From Pseudobdellovibrionaceae bacterium (lineage in GTDB: Bacteria; Bdellovibrionota; Bdellovibrionia; Bdellovibrionales; UBA1609): a stretch of 64,000 nucleotides of DNA. The position numbers and the translations under genes were made by a program. Shown in pieces: positions 56,905-64,000 of the stretch. Position 1 is the first letter of the stretch, and every line of letters starts with the position of its first letter. Below the pieces are notes generated by a model that ran no database searches, had not been told where the DNA came from, and saw only the letters and a program-made list of their open reading frames with translations. Where the stretch lies: the NCBI GenBank assembly GCA_043757545.1, contig JAYVPG010000021.1:13207-77206 (forward strand), written 5' to 3'.

Positions 56905-58486
56905 GGTCGCGGCTTATATTTTAATTTTCGCGTCGACCTCGATCATCAATATCTATCACGCAGGCGTGTTTCCAAAACCCACGGTCGCGCTCGACGAGAA
57001 AGCTGAGGCCGTGTGGATCGATCGCCGAGAGGCCGGGATCAACCAACTCATCCTTAAAGGACCGCCATTCGCCAGGGGACGTGAAGCCGGTGCGCGAACG
57101 GCGCATTTGCTCTTGGAACAAGAGGAGCAACTCGTCCATCAGCTTCGCCACATTCTGCCCACGGACTTGATGGTTCAGGCGATGGTCCTTGGGGCGATCA
57201 CTTATTTTCAAGGTATCGACAAATATTTCTCGCGAGAAAATGTGCAAGAGATGTACGGCACCTCGTTCTCAGCCCCCAAGTCCTTCGACTATCTCGCGGA
57301 CGGCTTCACGCGACAGATCGCCTATCACGGACTTCATGAGGTCGGACAAATGATGGTCGACCAGGGTTTTGAAGACATGGGCTGCACCGTCGCCGCCGTT
57401 CCCTTTAAAAATTCATTTGTGATTGGACGCAATTTTGATTTTGAAGGCGGGCGGATTTTCGACAGCGAAAAAATCGTCAAATGGGTTTTCCCGACCAAGG
57501 GTTACGCCTATGTCTCTGTGATCTGGGCAGGAATGGTGGGCGCAGTCACCGGCGTGAATGAAAAAGGCGTTTACATATCGATTAATGCTGCGGGAAGCGC
57601 GGATCATCGCCGAATTGGTACGCCCTCCACACTTGTTCTATTGGATGTCTTGGAAAATGCCGCCAATACCGAGCAAGCCATCGAGATTTTGCGACGCGCG
57701 CAAATGTTTATTACCGATCTATTTGTCATTCTCGATAGCGAAGGACATTTAGTCCGCGTCGAAAAGTCATCCGCACGGATGGAGGTCATTCCACTCCACG
57801 GCCCTTCAATCGTCACCAATCACTTGATCTCGAAGAGCTTCGTCAATGACCCGACCAATATCTTTCGCAAAAACGAACTTACCTCGGTCGCGCGCGCCGA
57901 TCGCGGCGAAGCTTTACTCCGCGCCGATCCGCCTGCACGGTCCCCGACGGAAGCTGTTCGTCAAGTTTTGCAAGTGTTGCGCGACAAAGGTGTCGACGAA
58001 AATGGAGCTCCGCTCAATTTGGGAAATCGCAAAGCCATCGATGCGTTGATTGCCACCCATTCGGTGATTTACGATCCGATGCGTGAGGTATTCTATGTCG
58101 GGAAAGGGCCGGCCGTGGTGGGTTTGTTTAAGGGCTACGATCTCAAGGCGTCTTTCACTCAGCAAAGACCCGTGGTCATCGACGGCCTCCCCCAAGATCC
58201 AACTGTTACTCCCGAAGAATTCAACTCGCTCAAAGAGGCCAATCTAAAAATTTCGCAAGCTCACGCCGCAATCCGCGCCAAGCGATGTGCGGAGGGGAAA
58301 AGTTTACTTAACAAGATCCGTGAGCGATGGCGCGAACAAAGTCCGTACTATCAAGCATTGGGGGATCTCGAGGCTTGCGGCGGCAACCATCCAGAGGCGC
58401 GCGCGGCATGGAGTAGAGCACTCGCACTCCACCCCGCCTACGCACGTATGCAACGACAACTCGAGAAAGATCTAAATGAAAAATAA
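56888..58486 (+). CDS. C45/Ntn-hydrolase (acyl-CoA:6-APA acyltransferase-like) domain protein with C-terminal TPR-like tail
   Basis: It has GCTVAAVPF...GRNFDFEGG...AGMVGAVTGVNEKGVYISINA, which gives the nucleophile Cys context. The C-terminal YQALGDLEACGGNHPEARAAWSRALALHP is TPR-like. Confidence 0.55.
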   Translation: MARALRVAAYILIFASTSIINIYHAGVFPKPTVALDEKAEAVWIDRREAGINQLILKGPPFARGREAGARTAHLLLEQEEQLVHQLRHILPTDLMVQAMVLGAITYFQGIDKYFSRENVQEMYGTSFSAPKSFDYLADGFTRQIAYHGLHEVGQMMVDQGFEDMGCTVAAVPFKNSFVIGRNFDFEGGRIFDSEKIVKWVFPTKGYAYVSVIWAGMVGAVTGVNEKGVYISINAAGSADHRRIGTPSTLVLLDVLENAANTEQAIEILRRAQMFITDLFVILDSEGHLVRVEKSSARMEVIPLHGPSIVTNHLISKSFVNDPTNIFRKNELTSVARADRGEALLRADPPARSPTEAVRQVLQVLRDKGVDENGAPLNLGNRKAIDALIATHSVIYDPMREVFYVGKGPAVVGLFKGYDLKASFTQQRPVVIDGLPQDPTVTPEEFNSLKEANLKISQAHAAIRAKRCAEGKSLLNKIRERWREQSPYYQALGDLEACGGNHPEARAAWSRALALHPAYARMQRQLEKDLNEK

Positions 58487-58970
58487 TTTTCTCATACTCG
58501 TACTCTTGCTTTTCACTAGCTGTGCCCATCAAGCGCTCAAGCTTCCGCACTCTAGTGACCGACTTTTCCCTGAGGGCACTTACCAACACAGCGTCAAAAT
58601 CCACACCGAACAACCTGCCCCACGCACCATGGAGATGCGCGGGATTGTCGCCTCACGTCCCGATAAACTCAAAGTCATCGGACTCTCAACCTTCAACACA
58701 ACCATTTTTCGCATCGAAGAAGATTTGAAGACCGGCGAGATCAAAAAGGAATTCTATCTTGATATTATTCGGCAACACGAAGCTCGGTTTATCGAGTTCT
58801 ATCAGCTTATTCGCGAATTGCTCATAGCGAAAAAGGGCGAGCTCGACTTTACCCGGAAAGGCGCACACTTTCTCGTCAGTGCGCCCGACGCGCAGGGAAT
58901 TTATCGTCATATTCAAATCACTCATCCGCAATTCAGTCTCGATATCGAGGTGACGGCCTATGAGTTTTAA
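58476..58970 (+). CDS. Small lipoprotein (DUF3261-like)
   Basis: It has a lipobox (LFTSCAH). Its size and position match the DUF3261 lipoprotein of aryl-polyene-type clusters. The family assignment rests on context, not motif. Confidence 0.4.
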   Translation: MKNNFLILVLLLFTSCAHQALKLPHSSDRLFPEGTYQHSVKIHTEQPAPRTMEMRGIVASRPDKLKVIGLSTFNTTIFRIEEDLKTGEIKKEFYLDIIRQHEARFIEFYQLIRELLIAKKGELDFTRKGAHFLVSAPDAQGIYRHIQITHPQFSLDIEVTAYEF

Positions 58971-58999
58971 AAGTTTTCTGCGAGGCAGTTATTTTGCAG

Positions 59000-61108
59000 C
59001 TATTTTGTGGGGCACGGCGGTGATTCTTCTGCGCCGCTGGGCGTGGGATCAGGTTCCCACTCAGATTTCACCATTCGTCGTGTACTCAGCTCTTCTAGTA
59101 AATAGTTATTACCTTGCGCACCAAGTTCACCGCTGGGCGCGGCCGGAAGTGCCGACCAAAATGGGTAAAAGTTAAACCATTGATCGGGATACTGGCGAAC
59201 CATCCGTTCAACCTCACGCGCATATTCACAAGCCCAATTGTAACATTGAGTCTCACGCGGCTCTTGATCATTGAAGGCGTAAACTTTTGGCGCGCGTGCA
59301 AAAAAGTTATAACCATCACCACTTTTGAAACCAAATGTGACGAGCAACGGCACGCGGGTCGCCGCCGCCAAACGAAATGCTGTCATATCAAAGGGCGCAA
59401 GCCTGCCTAAGAATGGAAGAAGTTCAAAGCGGTCTCCCAATGGGCGGTCACCCATCAGTCCAAGACACCCGCCATTCTTTAATGCCGAGTGAATTTCAAA
59501 AATAGCGTCGCCATTTACCCGACTGTTGAGCGAATGCACATGGGTGGGATCGATGTTCTCTTTTATCTTTTGAAAGCTAAGACCTTCGCTACGAAATTCC
59601 ACCACATGGATCTCGTCAGTGAATCCATTTGTGCTCAACAATGCCGCCGCGAGATCCCAGCCGCCCAAGTGTGCGCTCAGCATAATTAGCCCATGCTTCT
59701 CACGCATCGCCTGCAAAATGTTTTCCATCCCGTTGGCCTGGGTCGAGAACTGTTTCGTGCTATGATAGCCCTGAAAGATGCGGTCCATCAGCACTTGCCC
59801 ATAGCGAAAAAAATGCTTCATGATTCGCCATTGTCGGTGCAGCCAACGGTCTCCAGGTTCTACCAGCCGCCAGTACTCGTTGAGTCCACGACGCCCTTTG
59901 GGGGCAAAAAAATAAAAATAGGGAACAATGAACAGCAAACAACAATAGCCAGCTCTTAGGCCGGCATGGCGAAGTACGATTTTTAAAAATCCATTCCCCA
60001 GTCGACCGCCCCGCGTGCGGCCACTCCAGTTGGTTCGCGCCTTGCGATTTTTCAAATACCAGAACACGGCCAAGGTCACCAATGTGGTCGCCACACCAAG
60101 TCCCACTCCCAGAATTGCTGAGCCTTCGATCCATTCGAAAAACTGAAGCTTGGCACCCCCCGATTCACCGGCGTGAAGCCAAGTCCGACCAATATAGATT
60201 TCGCTCATGATCAACAAAGGTGCGAGCAGCGGGGTCGACACATGAGTGCCAATCCACAGCACTACAAAATTCAAGCGAAACAAAACTGAAACGCCGGCCG
60301 CGAGCAAAGTGTGAAATCCAAAAAATGGAGTGCAACCCAAAAAGACGCCAATCCCAAGGCCGATCGCGACCTCTGGCGGGCTACGATGCGTGCGCAACAA
60401 AGACAAGCTCACCAACGCAGCGTTGAGCAAAGAAATCCGGGCGTTGTCCCAAAATTTATTAAAGTGGGTCACCCGCTCACCTTTTTCGGGGTAGTGCACC
60501 TCGATCTCGACCTCGCGAACGGCAATTCCCTTCCACATCAGACGAATCAAAACCTCAATTTCAAAATCATAGCGATTGCACAGAAAGCGCATCGTCTGTA
60601 GCGGTAACAGAGGGTACAAGCGAAAGCCGCTTTGTGAATCCTTTATCTGCATTCCCGTTTCGTAGCCGACCCAGAAATTTGAAAATTTCCGTCCGAACTT
60701 ACTGACTCCGGGCACCGTCTCGCTCTTGAGCATGCGATTGCCAATGACCAGATCCCATGGATGTTTACGAGCCACGTCGACCAGTTTCGCAATCTCACGC
60801 GCGAAGTGCTGACCGTCGCCGTCGATAGTCACCATATGAGTAAAACCATGAGTCGCCAGATCTTGAATGGCAAAACGTAGAGCCGCGCCCTTGCCGCGAT
60901 TTTTTTCGAAACGATGCAGGCGCAAACGACCTTCTTCTAAAGCTTGGCGAACTTCCCACGAGTAAAGTGAGTTCGCAACCACAGTGTCCGATCCATCATC
61001 GATCACCAACACCGGAAATGGCGTGGTGGTTAATACATCTTTGACGACCTTAGAGATCGCACGCGAATTGTTGTAAGTGGGAATGACGACACATACGCGA
61101 AGAATCAT
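59000..61108 (-). CDS. Fusion protein: family-2 glycosyltransferase + membrane linker + LpxL/HtrB-type lysophospholipid acyltransferase
   Basis: The N-terminus has VVIPTYNN, DDGSD and DGDGQH (GT2). The middle has about 5 TM segments. The C-terminus has SAHLGGWD (HX4D) with acyltransferase-like flanks. Confidence 0.7.
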   Translation of the reverse strand: MILRVCVVIPTYNNSRAISKVVKDVLTTTPFPVLVIDDGSDTVVANSLYSWEVRQALEEGRLRLHRFEKNRGKGAALRFAIQDLATHGFTHMVTIDGDGQHFAREIAKLVDVARKHPWDLVIGNRMLKSETVPGVSKFGRKFSNFWVGYETGMQIKDSQSGFRLYPLLPLQTMRFLCNRYDFEIEVLIRLMWKGIAVREVEIEVHYPEKGERVTHFNKFWDNARISLLNAALVSLSLLRTHRSPPEVAIGLGIGVFLGCTPFFGFHTLLAAGVSVLFRLNFVVLWIGTHVSTPLLAPLLIMSEIYIGRTWLHAGESGGAKLQFFEWIEGSAILGVGLGVATTLVTLAVFWYLKNRKARTNWSGRTRGGRLGNGFLKIVLRHAGLRAGYCCLLFIVPYFYFFAPKGRRGLNEYWRLVEPGDRWLHRQWRIMKHFFRYGQVLMDRIFQGYHSTKQFSTQANGMENILQAMREKHGLIMLSAHLGGWDLAAALLSTNGFTDEIHVVEFRSEGLSFQKIKENIDPTHVHSLNSRVNGDAIFEIHSALKNGGCLGLMGDRPLGDRFELLPFLGRLAPFDMTAFRLAAATRVPLLVTFGFKSGDGYNFFARAPKVYAFNDQEPRETQCYNWACEYAREVERMVRQYPDQWFNFYPFWSALPAAPSGELGAQGNNYLLEELSTRRMVKSEWEPDPTPSGAEESPPCPTK

Positions 61109-61845
61109 AACAAGGCTTGCTCGATTTGTTTCTGCACTTCACCCCTCAACAAGTCCACCGAGGCGAAATCGCGTGCCCGAACCGGTGAAAGTGTTCGAAC
61201 CTGTACGGGGCGGCGAAAGTTGATTCCGTGTTGCCCTTTTGGCCACACACAGTCGGTGTCCTTAAACACCAATGGAATTACCACCGCGTCCTCCTGCAAG
61301 GCAGCTAAAAATGGACCGGCCGTAAATGGTTGGAGGCCTTTGAACCCTGGGGCGCATCGTGTCATCTCCGGAAAAACATGCACTCGCTCACCCTGCCGCA
61401 ATCGCTGCCTCACCTCAACCATGGCCAATACCCAGGCGTCGAGCCGTCCGCGTTCCACCCCAATCTGGCGCGAAGTGCGCATCATCAGTGATAAAAATGG
61501 AATCTTAAAGAGCGATTTCTTAGCCAAAATGCGAATTCCCGAGATGCGTGAGAGCAAAATAAATACGTCCAAATGGGACCGATGATTGGAGATCAGCAAA
61601 ATCCCACGCCCCTGAGTCTCGGGCAGCTCAATTTGCACTTCTCCCGCAAACCAAGGCTGGGCTCGCATCAGCACGCCGACCCCGATGCGCAGAACCCGAT
61701 CGTGCGCCCCATTCCATCGCGAAAACGGCTTGGTCAGCCAATAGACGGGAAAATAGAACATCAGACAAATTCCGCCAATTCCTGCAATCGAAATGAGGAA
61801 GAATATAAGCCAAAGCTTGGTGAGAATTTTGACTCCTGGTTTCAT
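61105..61845 (-). CDS. PlsC-type 1-acyl-sn-glycerol-3-phosphate/lysophospholipid acyltransferase
   Basis: It has NHRSHLD (HX4D) and FPEMTR motifs and an N-terminal TM anchor. Confidence 0.8.
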   Translation of the reverse strand: MKPGVKILTKLWLIFFLISIAGIGGICLMFYFPVYWLTKPFSRWNGAHDRVLRIGVGVLMRAQPWFAGEVQIELPETQGRGILLISNHRSHLDVFILLSRISGIRILAKKSLFKIPFLSLMMRTSRQIGVERGRLDAWVLAMVEVRQRLRQGERVHVFPEMTRCAPGFKGLQPFTAGPFLAALQEDAVVIPLVFKDTDCVWPKGQHGINFRRPVQVRTLSPVRARDFASVDLLRGEVQKQIEQALL

Positions 61846-61870
61846 TCGGACTACACCTTATGGCCTTCAT

Positions 61871-62617
61871 ATGAATTTGGCAAAGCACTTGGCACTTGTA
61901 ACTGGAAGCTCTTCGGGGATTGGCCGTGCGGTCGCGCTCAGGCTTGCCCGTGACGGCTTTCACGTCCTAGTCCATTTCAATCGCAATGAAAAAGGCGCGG
62001 CCGAAACCCTGAAGACCATAGTGGATGCGGGTGGCCGGGGTGAGCTTCTGCAGTTTGATACCCAAAACAAAGAGCAAATCGAAAAAAATCTGAGCGAGGT
62101 ACTCGAGCGACACAAGGATTTGCGCCTGGATGTACTAGTGAATAACGCCGGCATCGCGAAGGACACCTTGCTGGGATTGATGTCCGACGAGGCATTTGAC
62201 AGCGTGATGAAGACCAATGTCTACGGACCGTTTTTTCTGATGCGCTTTTGCACGCGCAAAATGATTCGCCAACGTTCCGGCTCGATCGTCAATATGTCCT
62301 CACTTTCTGGGCAAACTGGAAACGCCGGCCAAGTGAACTATGCGGCGAGCAAAGCGGCCTTGATTGCGATGACCAAATCTCTCGCAATGGAAATCGGTGC
62401 GCGCAATGTGCGAGTCAATGCCGTCGCACCTGGGCTAATTGAGAGCGAAATGATTCAAAAGATTCCTTTTCTCGAGGATTTGAAAAAACGTATTCCACTG
62501 GCTCGCCTGGGTCGCCCCGAAGAAGTTGCCGGCACCGTTTCATTTTTATGTTCTGAAGACGCGGGCTACATCACGGGGGCAACGATCAGTGTCAACGGCG
62601 GACTGTTTCCCGCATGA
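61871..62617 (+). CDS. fabG: 3-oxoacyl-ACP reductase (FabG-like SDR)
   Basis: It has TGSSSGIGRAVA, NNAG and YAASKAAL motifs. I trimmed the start to MNLAKHLALVTG. Confidence 0.85.
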   Translation: MNLAKHLALVTGSSSGIGRAVALRLARDGFHVLVHFNRNEKGAAETLKTIVDAGGRGELLQFDTQNKEQIEKNLSEVLERHKDLRLDVLVNNAGIAKDTLLGLMSDEAFDSVMKTNVYGPFFLMRFCTRKMIRQRSGSIVNMSSLSGQTGNAGQVNYAASKAALIAMTKSLAMEIGARNVRVNAVAPGLIESEMIQKIPFLEDLKKRIPLARLGRPEEVAGTVSFLCSEDAGYITGATISVNGGLFPA

Positions 62618-64000
62618 AAAACTATGACGTTGCGATTTTAGGCAGCGGCATCTCGGCACTCACCGCGGCGTTGATCCTTGCTAAAAGAGGCAAAAAAGTC
62701 GTGGTGCTTGAACAGTACGTAAAGCCTGGCGGCTATATGCATAGTTTTCGCCGGTTCGACGAGACCTTCGATACCGGTGCCCACTACATAGGTGCAATGG
62801 GACCGGGCCAACCCTTTCGCACGTTGCTCGAGTACCTTGGGATCTTCGATGAAAGTTTATTTGCTCCGCTCGACGCTTCGGGCTTCGATGTTTTTCATTT
62901 TCCCGAGGGAAAAGTTCAGTTCCCCCAGGGTTATCCACAAGTCGTCAACGAGCTAGCCGCGACTTTTCCCAATGAGCGCGGTGCGATCGAAAAATATTTT
63001 GCGCTAATTAAGAATATCTCTAACTGCTTTCCAACCTATCGTTACAATGACAATCCAGAGACATCTTTTCCGTCCGAGGCGCTGGATCTGTCGCTCAAAC
63101 AAGTCGTCGAGGGCTTGACCTCAAACCCCGGTTTGCAAAGCGTATTCTATTCCTATTGCAATTTGCATGGCGTGTACCCAGAAGACGTCGCTTTTGGTTT
63201 TCACGCCATCGTGACGGACTCACTGATTGGCGGTCCCTATGGATTGAATGGTGGAGGCGACGCGCTCACCGCAAAATTCATAACGGCCATCAAGGCGCTC
63301 GGCGGAGAAATCCTTACCCAGCATAAAGTGACCGAGTTAAGTGTGAGCGACAATCGAAATATCGCTAAAATCACAACGAAGAATGGTGCGGAGTTCAGCG
63401 CTGAGTGGGTGATCTCGAGCATTCACCCCAAAGCGACGCTGCGTTTGCTCTCCGATCAAACAATGTTTCCGCCGGTGTTCAAAGAGCGCATGAAAAATAT
63501 CAAAGAGAGTGTGGGCATATTTGGTCTTTACGCGGTTTGCGACCAGCGACCGATGCCCTCGCCGGCGCAAAACCATTATTTTTTCCGCTCGAGTGATCCA
63601 CGCGCCATGTTTCAACCGACCAACCCCGGCGAAATCCCGCCGGTCGTATTTATGTCGAGTCCCAAACGCCAGTGGTTGACGAGTGAAAAGAATTTTCCCA
63701 TCAGCATGCACGTCGCTTCGCCATTCGAATGGTTTGCGCCGTGGGAGGCAGAAGCCTATGCACGGCGATCGCAAGGCTACAAAGACTTTAAGTCTTCGAT
63801 CACCCAGTCTATTTGGGGAGCGGTTGAAAAATATGAGCCTGGATTCAGTGGTCGCATTCGCCAACATCTGACGTCGACACCCCTCACCCACTTGCATTTC
63901 AACGGCAGCGAAGAGGGCTCGTCCTACGGAATCTATCACTCGATGCAAAACACCGGCGCGCGCGCGCTGGGTCCACGCACAAAAGTGCTCAACCTCTTAC
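62614..64000 (+). CDS. NAD(P)/FAD-dependent oxidoreductase, phytoene-desaturase (CrtI-like) family, 3' partial
   Basis: This ORF is not in the supplied track because it has no stop within the window. I translated it myself as MKNYDVAILGSGISALTAALILAKRGKKVVVLEQ (GxGxxG...E). It has an ATGA overlap with fabG and the frame stays open to nt 64000. Confidence 0.75.
   Translation, partial: MKNYDVAILGSGISALTAALILAKRGKKVVVLEQYVKPGGYMHSFRRFDETFDTGAHYIGAMGPGQPFRTLLEYLGIFDESLFAPLDASGFDVFHFPEGKVQFPQGYPQVVNELAATFPNERGAIEKYFALIKNISNCFPTYRYNDNPETSFPSEALDLSLKQVVEGLTSNPGLQSVFYSYCNLHGVYPEDVAFGFHAIVTDSLIGGPYGLNGGGDALTAKFITAIKALGGEILTQHKVTELSVSDNRNIAKITTKNGAEFSAEWVISSIHPKATLRLLSDQTMFPPVFKERMKNIKESVGIFGLYAVCDQRPMPSPAQNHYFFRSSDPRAMFQPTNPGEIPPVVFMSSPKRQWLTSEKNFPISMHVASPFEWFAPWEAEAYARRSQGYKDFKSSITQSIWGAVEKYEPGFSGRIRQHLTSTPLTHLHFNGSEEGSSYGIYHSMQNTGARALGPRTKVLNLL

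Noticed and set aside
58960-59175. A 71-aa plus-strand ORF after the DUF3261-like gene.
   Set aside because: It overlaps the 3' end of the 702-aa minus-strand GT2-acyltransferase gene and has no RBS or motif. I cannot exclude a small membrane protein, and if it were real the minus-strand gene end would be shorter. Evidence is insufficient.
1-64000. I searched for CRISPR repeats, tRNA/tmRNA-like T-loops in intergenic regions, IS elements or inverted terminal repeats, integrases, toxin-antitoxin pairs and known defence-system genes.
   Set aside because: I could see no regularly spaced repeats, no tRNA-like sequence in any intergenic gap, and no transposase, integrase or recognisable defence gene among the translations. 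This was a visual scan only, so small ncRNAs cannot be excluded.

Overview
This is a chromosomal-looking 64-kb segment with about 65 tightly packed protein-coding genes. I recognise no rRNA, tRNA, CRISPR array, transposase, integrase or prophage gene. Blocks from left to right: (1) 1-7.2 kb is an AT-rich, co-directional light/oxidative-stress island: DUF3833 lipoprotein, SDR, fibrillin-like protein, DCC/DUF393, COG3046 photolyase-related protein, TIGR03643, DUF2256-DUF3253 fusion, DUF429-like protein and OsmC. (2) 7.3-9.2 kb holds a BTLCP cysteine peptidase, a signal-peptide-bearing protein with two tandem OmpR-type winged helices, and a stand-alone small secreted-peptide gene. (3) 9.2-17.5 kb is a translationally coupled seven-gene minus-strand operon: porin, PstS-like binding protein, 876-aa tetra-haem lipoprotein, YceI, di-haem lipoprotein, barrel-like protein with one CxxCH, and a second porin. 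(4) 17.6-25.2 kb holds a secreted HNH nuclease, a lytic transglycosylase, a CusRS/HprRS-like two-component system with PepSY and COG4705 proteins, and a YkuD_2 L,D-transpeptidase-like gene. (5) 25.5-30.8 kb holds a short KdpD, KdpE, a KimA-type K+ symporter and a porin, with no kdpFABC. (6) 30.9-36.5 kb holds miscellaneous envelope and signalling genes. (7) 36.5-44.8 kb holds pilB-pilT-pilC-pilS-pilR, followed by two non-pilin genes. (8) 44.9-51.3 kb holds an aroE-like gene, ribF, a CHASE2 kinase with an NtrC-type regulator, and two hypotheticals. (9) 51.3 to beyond 64 kb is an aryl-polyene/flexirubin-like type II KS-ACP cluster with lipid-anchoring and LolA/MMPL export genes, and it runs off the window. 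The pilBTCSR gene order and the envelope-heavy content suggest a Bdellovibrionota/Myxococcota-type Gram-negative, but that is low-confidence inference. The best candidates for an undescribed system are the cytochrome/YceI/PstS-like/porin operon (9216-17517), the BTLCP plus secreted tandem winged-helix pair (7267-8745), and the repeated secreted-protein module next to both sigma-54 two-component systems. All family calls come from reading motifs in the translations. No database search was run.
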